From: Neoechinorhynchus agilis
Lineage: Eukaryota > Animalia > Acanthocephala
Reading direction: 5' to 3'
Assembly: GCA_051530055.1 (NCBI GenBank)
Contig: CM121341.1
Span: forward strand, 14,300,784 to 14,364,783
DNA: 64,000 nt
Shown piece after piece: positions 48,857 to 61,259 of this stretch. The position numbers and the translations under genes were made by a program. The notes beneath the pieces were generated by a model. That model made no database searches and had not been told where the DNA came from. It saw only the letters and a list, made by a program, of their open reading frames with translations. Numbering within the stretch: position 1 is the stretch's first letter; each line of letters opens with the position of its first letter.

Positions 48857-51800
48857 TTATTTTTTTCGCTTTAGTTTTTTCTTGACTTTCTTAACCTTTT
48901 TTACGACTACGTTCCGTCTATTTTCTAATTTTGAAACGATCGGGTGAACGAATCGCATCCTGTATTGTTCATCCAACACCGCGTCCGATTCTATTCTGCC
49001 TGATGTTTTATAAGAGCTCACATTTTCGGTAGATGTGCTCAAAACGCTTGTCACACTCTTGTCCATTTTGTTTAATTGGCCGTAAAGAGCGTTATAATAC
49101 GCCCTGACTGTATCTCTGCTGACATTTTTGATGTCGTTACGAGTACCAGTTTGAGTCACGATATCCATTTTATCGAGCTTTGTCTTCGTTTTTGATATTT
49201 CCGCGTTCTTACTTTTTGCCTCAGGTGGATTTCTGCTTACTCCAACAGTCGTTTTTAGTTTTGGCTTACTAACATTCTCTCCCTTACTCCTTTTACTGTT
49301 TGACAAAACGTTTCCAATATTCCGCCTGATTTCCTCTGAGGCGAATTCCAGAGCCAAAGTTTTAACACTCTTTCCGCTGGCATCCAAGGCCGTAACATCG
49401 GCATTATGATTTAAAAGAGCATTGACAATATCCCCAGAATTGGAGATCACGGCACACATCAGGGGTGTCATCTTACTCACTGAAACAGCATTAGCATCAG
49501 CGCCGTGCTCTAAAAGCATCTTGGAAATTTCAGCATTCCCGTGGAAGCATGCATGATGAAGAGCGGTCCATTGAAAATTATCACTCTGATTGATTGGTAC
49601 CTTGAGTACAAGAAGGCTTTTTACGAGTTTCAAATTTCCATCCTCAACCGCCGCAATCAACGGAGTCTTCTTAAATTCGTCTGTAAACAAAAGAGATGCC
49701 TTTTGTCCTAAGACAATTGAAATATTTGGAACATCCCTTCTTCTTATCACATCGTTAACGTTTTCTTTTCGTATCTGTAGGTCCAACGTTAGTCGATAAA
49801 CGTTCATCGTCGGAATATCAAAGAATTAAATCTGTATTCTTAAACCGAAAATTCGATACCTTCTATATTCAAAATGCTGATCGTTGCTTGTCCATAAAAA
49901 CACATACGAAACAGCTCAATGAATTACTTAATTTTAATATTTTATCATGCCTTACTTCGATGAGTGACAGTGTAGTCAATTTTTGATAAGCAAAATTGTT
50001 CAATTTTAAAACTAAAAACCAATTCTCAACTCTACGACCAATAATTTTTTATCCTATGTTAGTTTTAAAGATGAAATTCTGAGAAAATCTCGCCGCATGA
50101 CCAGCCAATTCCCACTTTTCCACTAACGTCGCCTAACGTAAATTTCTGGGCATCAATAACGATGCAATAGCAGTATCTAAATCCGTTCTGTTCAAAATCT
50201 CAAGGTTCGTATCATAATCTTTAACTTCAGCTATGTATGTAACTTTTTCAATATCTTGTTCTGACCGTGTAGGAATGGGGATTCTTAGTGTCGACTTCAT
50301 TCTAGCTTTGCTCCTTTTCCTCTTTCTTAATTTCCTCGCTCTTTTCTTTTTTCCGAACAATTTACTTGAGGATGCAGCCGTTTTTAACAAAAGACTGTAG
50401 TCAAAGTCATGTGACCCTTTGCCGAATCGAGTCATCAGTTCATTTATTTCTTTTTCACCAAGATAAAATTGTTCAGTTTCCAGCAAAGACTCAATATCTT
50501 TGAGGCGCACAAATCCTGTACTCGTTGGATCCATTCTCATGAATATATCATGAAGGTTCTCGGCTTTTAAAACCAAGCTAAGAATGACCAGAAGCTATGT
50601 TTGGTATTTAAAATTTCTCAGTGAACATATGAGATGTTCTCAAGCTATTTCGCATCAGAGAAGTAAACTAGGCATAGGGAATATTTTGAACTAAAATAAA
50701 TATTCAACCTGAAAAATGTTCGCTCATCCGAGGTACATATCTGTTAACTCATTTTAAATCGCATAAAGACGGACAAATCAGTTTGATTTGCGCGAATCGT
50801 TACAATATTGGATTTCGGATCTCACATGCCGATTCCAATAACTCTGGAAAACGAAACATTTAGACGCTACTCTCAACTAAGAACCGTCAACATTAAAACC
50901 CAACCTAGCTGAATGCACTTTGACATGATCAATAAGCTGTAAAAGCCAAAGTGGATCGAGACGTTTCGCCTTCTTTAAAACAGTCGCCATTTTCTTATCG
51001 CGGTACCTGGTAGCGAATTTCCTCATCCCAAGTTTGCTTGCTCCTCGGTTAATAAGGAAGCTTGCAAACTCGTGATTCCCATAAATAATGGCGGTTTTTA
51101 GAGGAGTATTACCATTGTTGTCCAGACTATCGATCTGAGCACCACTTACCAATAAGAGACGTCCCAGTTCACAATCGTTATTTGAAGCAGCGTAGTGAAG
51201 AACATCTCGTCCGGCATGATCTTGAGCGCTTAAATCCGCACCTAAAGAAATTAACAGCTGAACTTCTTCATAAAGAGAGTTTCGCACAGCATAATGTAGT
51301 GGAGTCATTCCATTGCTCCTGAAGTCTAAATATCTACTGTTCAATAAGATTTCAATTCGAGCCGGTTTACAACTTAAACTTGTTAGTTCGTACATTAAAG
51401 TGACAGCCAACTCGTTCGAATTGTTCATATTGTCTACGGTGCCGATTCTAGAAATTAGGTAATGAATTACCGATGAATCAAGATTACTCAAAATGATTTC
51501 AGTAATTAAAGATTAAGATTCTCCAAAATCATTTTATTACATGGCGAATGCTTTAGATGCACCAGTATTCCATCATTTCCATCATCACTTCGGTTATCTT
51601 TTAAATGTGGGTACTTGCCCAACAAACACTCTATAACTTCAAGGGAACCTAATTGACAAGCGCAAAGAAACGCGGTCATTCCTAGTGAATTTTTAAGATC
51701 GACATCAGCACCCAGTTCTAGCAAAAATTCGATCATCTCAACGCAATTGATCATTGCAGCCACCATGAGCGGAGTAGTTCCAGTGCTCGCATGTTTTCTG

Positions 51801-51916
51801 TTTATGAGCTCCTTTCCATTCCCATGAATTGCACATAGTCTCCTAATGGCTTCTTTGTCATTCGATCTAACCGCTTTGAGCAGCTCCAAAGTTATTTGGT
51901 GTTGGAGCAGAATCAT
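48857..51916 (-). CDS. ANKEF1: Ankyrin repeat and EF-hand domain protein 1, at least four exons
   Basis: N-terminal LKAVRSNDKEAI..., DPLWLLQL, EF-hand-like FMRMDPTSTG, C-terminal KTPLIAA...DNFQWTALHHAC in ANKEF1 order. Confidence 0.82.
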
Positions 51917-52019
51917 TACTCGGCGTTCAAAAGTAAATATATTCGTGATCTAAACAAGTTGTTATGGTGACATTATCTAGATTAAGCACTTTATTCAATT
52001 CATAGGTTTCCGGATTTTT

Positions 52020-52500
52020 TACGACGCGAACCGGGACTGCATGCAATCTTTTGTTTCGACTACCGGTTGGTGGGTGTGACCGGATCGCACCCGTAGATAG
52101 AACGAAAGCGTGCCACTACTTCGAATTCCATATAAACAATCATGAAAATAAAGTAATTTTGTGGGATCGTCCCACGTGAAACCGTCCGGTCTGTGGCCCT
52201 CGAGTCGGCAAATATTGCTTTGTTCTAGGATATTGGGAGCATTCACAGTATTCAATGCACGACTAAGAATTGCGTTCATTTCGGCGTGTAGTGAGTACCT
52301 CCCGCCTGATTGCCGACAGACGAGACCGTGGCACCCCGATGGCTCCACGGTCGCATCGAAACGTTAGCGATGGGATGTGGACGTTGGTACCCCAAGTCTC
52401 AGGGACACTGTGATCCTTTACCCACAGAAGCGGATATACTTCTGCCAATCGAGTTCGGTTCACCAGGTCTCGAGAATCTGAAATTAAAGATATGAATTCT
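52020..52500 (-). mobile_element. CRE-like fragment, third subfamily
   Basis: HGLVCRQSGGRYSLH...EGHRPDG. Confidence 0.75.
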
Positions 52501-52689
52501 CAATATAAGAAGGGAGTCCCAAACTGATTGTTTGCGGCCATTGACGGTACCTGCTCGCTAGCGGAATCTTAGTACCAAAGATTAACAGCCTCCACGAAAT
52601 CATCATCCAACCTGTAATCGTCGCCAAGAAAACACTGAACTATTTTGCGACTGACTCCTGGCACACTACTTTCCTTCCATAGAATACTC

Positions 52690-53340
52690 TACAACTAGCT
52701 CTTCTCATATAGATTGGGTAGCCCTTTCCTTTGAGCATATTCCTAAGAAACTCTAACTCGTTGTTGATGGAATCTTGGTTGGAGTAATAGTTGTAGGTAC
52801 CATAAAACAGCGACTTAATCCTGACCATTGGGCATTCATAGGTGCACCATTCGTTGATGATGAGTTATTTACTGCGATTACAAATCTGATAAAAGGAGCT
52901 GCGTCCAAAGACCTAGATTGTTGTATATAGACGAAGAAACCCAAACCACTAAACTCAATGTTGAAGAAACGAGATGAACATGAAAGTGAAGGTGTGGTGT
53001 ACAAAATTTCCTGCTCAGAATGCAGAAAATCTTACGAAGGCCAAACAAACATTTTGGAAAGGAAAATAAAAGAGGACAAAGATGCTCTTAGGAGAAGCAC
53101 CAATGCCAGTTCTGCGATACTAAACCATTGTGCGCAACAAGACCAATTGACAACTCCACCATTTTGGCGCGAAGTGAATCCATGAATGCCATAGTTATTC
53201 CTCAAATTGAAACAATTGAAGGGAATAAGGCGGACTTAAAACTGAATCTAAGTAAAGTGTGAATGCAAACATTCCCTGCGTGTGTTTTTAGACTTTGATG
53301 AAGGCACAAGATAGTGCCTAAATATCGGAATCAATAAATT
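52690..53340 (+). mobile_element. Penelope-like 3' fragment (GIY-YIG) with inverted 5' piece and degenerate hammerhead
   Basis: GVVYKISCSECRKSYEGQT on plus; SLF...NELEFL...KGYP on minus; tgatgaAggcac...gtgccTaaa near 53297. Confidence 0.75.
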
Positions 53341-53730
53341 CCTTTAATTTTTACGCCACATAAAAGTATGAAAAATTCGATCTTCAAGCACTTTAATTGT
53401 TTCCTTCTTTTATTTTAAAAAGCAACTCTTCTCAACAGTCTTATTTAATAATTTCACTTCAATGATTCCTTTTTTTAGAACCATCTTAATCATCCATAAA
53501 TTAAAGTAGGAAAGTACTTGATTGATAGCTTAGACAAGTATTTTGAATATATATTAACATAATGCTTAAAAGAATAGTATAGCATTTGCGATTTTTGCCA
53601 CAATTAATTTCGAATCACTTTCAGGAGGGCATCATTGATGACCACTCAATGAATATTCTTCGGCATAAATGAATATAGAATTCAAATGCGTCCATTTTAC
53701 CTCTTAATTCAATACATCTGCTTTTGCTTG

Positions 53731-53826
53731 CTATAAACCGATTAGGAACGAGGAGGCGGGCAGAGAAACTATGTATATAAGTGGTGATTCTGACGAGATC
53801 TCGATGATTATGAACAAAATCGCAGT
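53731..53826. repeat. Dispersed repeat, partner of 48561-48656
   Basis: Reverse-complement similarity to 48561-48656. Confidence 0.75.
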
Positions 53827-54689
53827 AGTCATTTGTCTATTGTGGATTGCGAATCACTGTTTGGTATGTACGCTAAGGGATGCAATCAATAAATAAAGTA
53901 TTCACTCGCGCAAACAAGGGATTGTACAGGAGGAACTTTGATCACGGCCACGACGCTTTTCTCGGAATTGCTGGATTAGATGTGCCTCAATGGACGCGGA
54001 GATCCCTTTCGATCTCATCAGAGGAAAATAAAAGCCATACTTCGATTCTCTACAAGTTTCTTGGATGGCTGGATAGCGTGATCGGTATTCGCGAGTTGGC
54101 GCATTTAATTTCACTCTATGCCATGGGCCAGGAAGGTGGGTATACGTTTTTAGAAATAACCTAAATCGAACACTCGCTTCTTTGGATCAATGTCAGACGA
54201 ACAAATATCAATCGATCCTCGATGATTCCATTGAAATCGTTAATTCTATTGTGATTTCGAGGTCAATGAGTTGAGTTTTATTTGGCAAAAAATTTGCTAT
54301 TCGTCGATCTAAGCATGAAGAGTTTTATCTCAAATTCATTTTTACTTTCATGGTTTCAACGGATTAATAAATTTTTAAAGATAAGCGTACAGGATTTTTG
54401 TACATTTAAAATTTTATTGAATTAAGAATTTGATTGGGTGAAGGCACAAATTAGGAAATATTTTAACAAATTATGGCTAAAGCATAAGAGTTTGCCCGTG
54501 AAACTTATATTTCCCAAAGCTTAAATCTAAAGTGATGCGTGCCTCGCAATTTTTAACGATCGAGAAATATTGGCAATATTGGATGAGAAATAACATTAGA
54601 AGATAGGTAAACTTTACACTCGACAATGTGCTCATGCAAAACACTGAAGGTAAACAATAGCACCAAAACAGCGAAAAATAATCAACGAT

Positions 54690-54800
54690 GTTAAACGAGG
54701 AGACTATTTACATTACTAAACCAGACAAAGGTAAAATAGTGGTGATCATGGATTGGGATTAATACATACCTGAAATAATAACAAAAGAAGGAATATTTCA
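54690..54800 (+). mobile_element. Penelope-like RT N-terminal fragment
   Basis: IYITKPDKGKIVVIMDWD*Y motif. Confidence 0.6.
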
Positions 54801-55419
54801 AATAAGGTTTTTTGGCATTAAACACTAACCACTCCCAAACCCCTACTCCGCAACCCCTTCCATCTTCAGTTTCCCCACCCCTAGATAGCGATTGAAGAGG
54901 CAAGGAAAACTTGCGAAATATTTCGCAAATAAATGAGTATTGATAATACCGGGGACAGGATTCGCCAACGTACAAAAATTATTTATAATTACTAACTGAA
55001 GTATTGTTAAGTTTATCGCATTTCGACAGCCGAGAGGGATCATTAAAGACCAATGTATATTTCGACTAATTGAATAAGTCATTATCGATTCAATTGTTTA
55101 AGCGTTTTATTCGAACTGAGGAGAGTTGTGTTGTTGAACAGAATTTACGAGTAAGCCTCCTCACTGTGACCTTCCAAGAAATGTGCGCTCCAGAGGATGA
55201 AAAAGAGCGTTACGAAGGCTCGTGAGAACATAAAAAATCATCACGAACACTTGAATGACGAAATTTATTAATTAAAAGAGGCATGCAGAGCGGCTGAACG
55301 AAAGGCTAAGACGTGGACCAGCGGTAGAGAGCGATGGCCGCTTGGGGTATTGAATACTAGAAAGAAAAGACAACTGTTCTTCGAATGAATATTGAGAAGC
55401 GTTCTAGGCTTGGGATATT

Positions 55420-55780
55420 TCATTCGAGGGGTGACATCTTGAATCATTAGTTCAGGATCTGTAATCTTTAAATGAACCTGAGGAAAGACCGATCTTACAA
55501 GCGCTCCTGCAAACAATAACTACCAATTCCCACCATAACGGACCTTCCAACCCGACCGGATATTCTCAAATGAATGGACATATTCTCACCCGAACGAACC
55601 GTCCCCGACTGGATAGTTCCCACTTGAATGAGCATCCATCCGGCCAGATATTCCCACCCGAGCGGACATCCCTCGACTGGATATTCCCATCCTAACGGAT
55701 ACACTTTTTTTGAACAACTGTGAACTCGAATGCTTATGAGGACCCAAAGGTGCATGGATCCTCCTCTTCTTTGTATCTTT
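55420..55780 (+). mobile_element. CR1/L2-like 3' UTR fragment
   Basis: Subrepeat array and the gaggacccaaaggtgcatggatcctc hairpin. Confidence 0.75.
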
Positions 55781-56719
55781 TTAGCCGCTGCCTGAACTGA
55801 GTTCACTCTCTAGTGCAACCAACGAATCAAACTGCTATCTGAACTTCTATCTTTATCCGCACTCCTAATATCAGCGTTTACCACATTATTTCCAGTATAT
55901 TCTTCGTCACCGTTTGTATTATGAAGACTATTTAGTTTGCCAGAAGTCCTAATGATACAATGGCGCATTTATACACTTCCGACGTAATGGAATCGATACC
56001 AATATCAATCAGAATATTAATATACGATCTCCGTAAGTATGTAAATGTAGACCCCACCTTTTTTCCGCCAATGCGAACTATGTATCGATTTTAATGCGAA
56101 CAAATATATTTTCTCAGGCGGAATGAGATTTATTCAATGTATTCATGAGGAATTTATCGGAGAATGTAAGACGACTACAATTTATTGGATGCTGTTCGAT
56201 TTAGAAACCTTATCAAAAAGGGGAATATAATAAAAAGAATCTTGTGCGCAATCCTGAGCATATTTGCAACGGTTCATTTGTTAACTTAAAAGGAATCAGG
56301 AAAGTTTTTGAATAGTTTAGAAGAAAAATTGCAAATGGTTGGGTATGAGTAGGAGATCGTTGGTACGATGGCGGACATAAAAATATTTAAGATTTCTAAA
56401 TGCCATTCCAAGGAATTGGAAGCGCTTAAGAAGATAGAGTTTAATAGACGCTTTGTGCAACAAAATTGATGTGTGCTTGTCCCATTTAAGATTTTTCTGA
56501 AAATGAGGACCAAGTATACGAATAAAGTAGACATGATTGATAGGGAAAGGAAAAAGCGGCTGGTCGGAAGGACAATTTTAGATTGAGCTGACGATTTCGA
56601 AGCACTTGGTTAAGTGAAGGGTGAGACATTTTGAGGAACAAAATGCTTGAACGTGAGAAATCTCGTTAGAAGTAATTGAGAGTGAGAGAATATCGGGTGC
56701 ATGCATAATGATTGTAAGA

Positions 56720-57890
56720 TATTTAACAAACGGATGAAATTTCCTTCTTGGACTTCCTGATTAAACGTTTAATGCAATGCAAAGTAAACAATGCCCTTTT
56801 TCGTAAGACGAACGTACCATTTGAACCACCACACTGGCCAAGTCATCAACCTACTGGGTATAAAATTTTTCGCAGTCACATCTTATTCTGGATGAAAATT
56901 TATGATCTTATTTACTCGATTTGCGTGGATTAAGGAAAGGGAAAAGATCGTCGAGGAATTAAAAGTAGGGACATATTCCCGATGGATTATAGACTCTGGA
57001 ATCAAATAAGGCAACTACCGATCACAAAACCCAAAGTGGTCTACAGAGTCTGTTACCTTCTAGAGTCGACTTCGTTAACGACGTAACAAACCAAATGATC
57101 CATTCAATTACGAGGACGAAGGTTGGAACTCAATTGTACAACAAGCAAATACCTTCAAGAAATAATACACACTGACCCGACCCGCGGGGTTTATAAAATA
57201 CAGTCTTCTAGGTGTGAGAAGGTGTATATTATAATAATAACACGTTTATTTCTTAATCCAAAAATAATAGGACCAATGTACCTTTGGGTTCTTATAAACA
57301 CTCGATTTCGTTGTTGATTATGGAGTGGATGGGTGAGAATTTGTGGTTATTCTTGTGAAGTTGGGTCTTTCCTCCTTTTCATTTCGGTTGAATGAAATGA
57401 ATTGGAATTAGGATTGTTTTGCTGATGTGAAAAGGGAACGACTTTAGAGTTCCTGTTTAAAGGCAACGATGGTTCCCCCGCCGATGAAAAGTGGCAAATT
57501 ATTCGTCTTAATTATTGATTTTCGCAAATAAACACAAACTCCGATGTTTTCCCGTTGATTAACGTACAAGCCTTCTACATTGAATTGAGACGATGCAGGT
57601 CATTAAGAGAATCGCCCAACATCAACAAGTCTGCCGCTGTTTTAAACACTCATCCGCCATAGCCAACCACCAGGATACTATGGAACATCGCGCAGATTTT
57701 AATGACACACATTTTGTGAAGGAACAAAACTTTGTAAAGCGAAGTATTAAAATCAATGAAGAAATTCCACACCACGAAGGGATGAAATTGGAAATGTCGA
57801 TCCCGCGAACCTCAACCATACAATACCAAAAATAACTAATACTTTTTAGATGGCGGATGAGGCGATGCTTCCTTGCCAAAAATTTCTTAA
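56720..57890 (+). mobile_element. Penelope-like 3' fragment interrupted by a LINE tail
   Basis: EISFLDFLIKR...LFRK, GVYKIQSSRCEKVYI, SAIANH; degenerate hammerhead cggatgaggc...tgccaaaa near 57852. Confidence 0.65.
57240..57480 (-). mobile_element. CR1/L2-like 3' tail nested in the Penelope GIY-YIG region
   Basis: Family hairpin and aataaacgtgttattatt on the minus strand. Confidence 0.7.
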
Positions 57891-58439
57891 AAATAAAACA
57901 TCTTTTAACCGGGAGTATCCTTACTACAATTCTAATTTTATCATCTTGAAGGATTTTCTCAATATTCTTTATATATTAAGTTGATGCTGCCTTTTAACAA
58001 TGAAACCCCGGGCCGTTCAGATGCAGTAAATAACAATTAAATAATTACCATTTTTCTATCACCTATCAAAATGAAAAGATGATTGCTTTTTATTCAAATG
58101 AAACAAATCGATGAAAAGCGTCCGTAGGCCGCGATGCTGGTAATGTGAATTCTTTATATATGAACATTGAGTGGAGCAAATTACTTCTTAAAACGTCACT
58201 GGATTCATTCCAACAATCGAATGTATTTAAAGAGCTTTGAACGTTTTTTACGCATTAAGTGAACGACGTTGCAATTTCCTTGATTTTGTCGTCAGGCGCT
58301 GGAATTTCACCACATTCTTCATTAGATAGTGACTTAATTGATTTTCTTTAATCGTATATTCGTTTATACCATCGTTTACCAATGAAACGGGCCGAAATCT
58401 TCTCTGGGACGCCACGTTCGTGGACATTCGCCGCTATTA

Positions 58440-58735
58440 AACCAGGGGAGCAGCAACCGCCGCTGAGGAACGCAAAAAGATTAAATACAGGGACCTCGGT
58501 CGAAACCATTATTTTATTCCCTACGGCATCGAGAAACTCGGGTAGTTTGGTGCCGCGGCACAGAAACTGGCCAAGCAATTGACTAAGAGATTGAGACGAA
58601 TCACTGGCGATCCGAGATCAGGAGCATTCCCCCTACAAAACATAAGTCTGCCCCTGCAACGAGGGAATGCATCCGTCCTTTCGACCGTTACACCAGGACG
58701 GTAGCTGAGTGATTCAGAGCGGTGGTGTGAATGAT
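58440..58735 (+). mobile_element. CRE-like short 3' fragment
   Basis: NHYFIPYGIE...LQRGNAS and the tail ccgttacaccaggacggtagctgag. Confidence 0.8.
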
Positions 58736-58989
58736 CTAACATTTTATGCTTCTAATTATCTTAGAAATTGGACGAAATCATTGGTGTACTTTAGTTTACC
58801 TCAGCCTTCGAAAACTTTAGACTAAAATCTGAGAAATTTAAATTTTAGTCAAATTTATAGAACCAAAAATGCGGTAAAGATTGTTCATGATCAGATGCGA
58901 TTAATTTCAAAAAAAATGTGGATCTGATTATGCAAGTGGATTCTTGAAAAATATCCAGAATCTCGCACTGGTTTAAAACGGAATTTAAA

Positions 58990-60021
58990 TCATAACTTTA
59001 AACAAAAGGAAGCAACAACGAATTCTGTGATTGACTTCGCCAATTCATTTTCTTTATCCGTAATAGATTTGCCACCACGAATAACCTCAATATTTTCTTC
59101 TTTACACATCGTTTCAAGGTGTTTGTTTGCTCTGTCAACCGCTTCTCCAGCAAGTCGTGACCCAGCGCCAGGGAGAATCTCGCAAAGCGCTAACTTAGTC
59201 CCCACTCCTAATTGACGATGTCGTTTAAGCGAACGCATGAAGAACATAAGATATTCCGGGACTGATATTTTAATGCGGCCTTGTGAGAATTGTTCAGAGC
59301 CAATAATAACCACGACAATTTGAGCGTTGGGATACGATTTCCGCCCGATCATTTCAATTGCATCGTCTATAACTGGCGTCATAAACACAAAAGAGGCAAT
59401 CTCATTTAAGAGACTTTCTGGGAAAACAATACGATTGACGATTTTCTTTAAGAGTTCATCGCCAAATACAACGCAACGATGCGGTACGACTTCACTGGAC
59501 TGATGCTGCTCATGAATTTCTGACAAAGGTCTAAATTCGACAACACTTCGTCGCACATTTGTACGAGCTGTTGCAATCAATTCGTCTTTAAAATCCCTAA
59601 CCATAATATCCGGATACTTTTCTTCAGAAGTGGAAGACGAAATGTAGATTTGTGGTCCTTTGTGCGTTGGCACATAAAGATTCTGAATTGCCATTGTAGA
59701 CTGGCGCTCAATCTCGTTTTTCTGTGGAACATTCTCGGCGTCCAAATCATTTAAACGTGAAGAAGGAAGAGCCACGCCATCGAAAGGATCGTCAATGTGC
59801 TCGTATCTTCGAAAATCAACGATTAGAGTCTCGTCATTCTCGTTAACAACGAAATAATCGTCCAGAATTGGGTCTTCGTATAGAATATAACCCGGAAATC
59901 TACGAGTCATGACTTCCTGCAATTGCGGGTGATTTCTGAGATCCAATTGAACGCATTTGTTAAATCGCCCGGGTGGCACTTTAACCGTTGGCAACTCTTG
60001 CGTACCGGAAAGCGGATGCAT
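58990..60021 (-). CDS. Hypothetical 343 aa protein with a C-terminal SGNH/GDSL-like fold
   Basis: Intact ORF; VVFGDE, VVVIIGSEQ, LCEILP and NKHLETMCKEENIEVI resemble SGNH blocks. Confidence 0.6.
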   Translation of the reverse strand: MHPLSGTQELPTVKVPPGRFNKCVQLDLRNHPQLQEVMTRRFPGYILYEDPILDDYFVVNENDETLIVDFRRYEHIDDPFDGVALPSSRLNDLDAENVPQKNEIERQSTMAIQNLYVPTHKGPQIYISSSTSEEKYPDIMVRDFKDELIATARTNVRRSVVEFRPLSEIHEQHQSSEVVPHRCVVFGDELLKKIVNRIVFPESLLNEIASFVFMTPVIDDAIEMIGRKSYPNAQIVVVIIGSEQFSQGRIKISVPEYLMFFMRSLKRHRQLGVGTKLALCEILPGAGSRLAGEAVDRANKHLETMCKEENIEVIRGGKSITDKENELAKSITEFVVASFCLKL

Positions 60022-60515
60022 CTTGAAGTCAAAAAGTCCTATTTGTTTGAACAGAACTAAACTGGCGGATTAAGCCTAATGAACATTGGAATCAAACCTA
60101 CACGTAAACATTGTCAGAAAAAAATACACCCAAAATCAGCACAACTTATGACCTAGGAAAAAATTCGCGCTTCTGAAACTTTGACTCAATTGTTCCATAG
60201 ATTTAAAGAATGGGCGCTGAGTGTTCAGTATGGACAAATGAATCATGATTTTTTAAACGATTTGCTGTTCGTCTGAAAATACTAAATGAAAAATCGCCAA
60301 ATTTTTTCATAAAAAATAAAATTAACAATTACACTTATGACGTAACAAGTGCAATGTTAAATTCTTTCGGAAAATACGCATTCCTAAAATCGTATCAATC
60401 AGTTGATAATCCTAAGACTGAGAGTACCCGAATTGATTCTGCGTTTTAAAATGTGCCCTGAAAGTTGGAATAAGAATAAGATTTGGAACCTTCATTTTTC
60501 AATATTCGATTTCTG

Positions 60516-60662
60516 TTCTCAATGGCGAATAGTAACACATTCGAGTTGTTTTTTAAATGTGAAAAAACTTACGAGCAATGCTTGAGAAGGAGGCTGAGGT
60601 CTTAAAAATTCGCGAGGTTGATCTCAATAAAGCTCGAGTGTGTTACAATTCGCCATTGAGAA
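60516..60662. mobile_element. MITE with 30 bp TIRs (28/30 identical)
   Basis: ttctcaatggcgaat(a/t)gtaacaca(t/c)tcgag present as an inverted pair. Confidence 0.88.
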
Positions 60663-60721
60663 TACACGTCCACGTTGAGCAAACCGATTTCGTCAGCTGA
60701 GTTTGTACATTTCGTCGTTGT

Positions 60722-60935
60722 GTAGAGGTGGTCTAGTTGACTTGTGCTCCGAATCCCTGTTTCAGGGTCAAAGGGTTCAAATTCACGGTTGCCCATGGCT
60801 CATAACCAAAGGGGATAAAATACCGCTGAAGGGAGGAAACTTACTGATGAGTCCCTCCTCCCCGGGAGGTATCTGAGGGTACGAACTCTTAACGTTTCAT
60901 CGGAGTTTAAGCGGTTAAATCACTTCTCTGATGTA
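60722..60935 (+). mobile_element. tRNA-headed SINE with hammerhead-like core, second copy
   Basis: A box tggtctagttg, B box ggttcaaattc, and the core ctcataaccaaagggga...CTGATGAgtccc shared with 39165-39245. Confidence 0.72.
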
Positions 60936-61259
60936 AAACGAAATTTCTCCAACCAGCGAAAGTGCTAGAATAATTCACATCAATATAAAAAAGAAATATA
61001 TACATGCGGTCGAGAAAATCAGCTGACAATGTAACAAATGATAAATTAAGCGAATACTGCAAAGTGCCGAATGTCTTTCCCGAATTTATGATAAGACTGC
61101 ATCAACCTGCTCAACATTTTTAACGTCCAAGTTTGACTTTTTCAAAATCCTTACCATAACTTGGTATTAGAATACCGTCAATGTTTTCAAACTTCTTATT
61201 TTGATTTCGTGGGTCCTCCTAATCTTTCTTTGTATTTTCAATAAACGTGTTATTATTAC

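Noticed and set aside
55540-55700. CRISPR-like short repeats
   Set aside because: Eukaryotic context, degenerate units and no unique spacers; part of the LINE 3' UTR.
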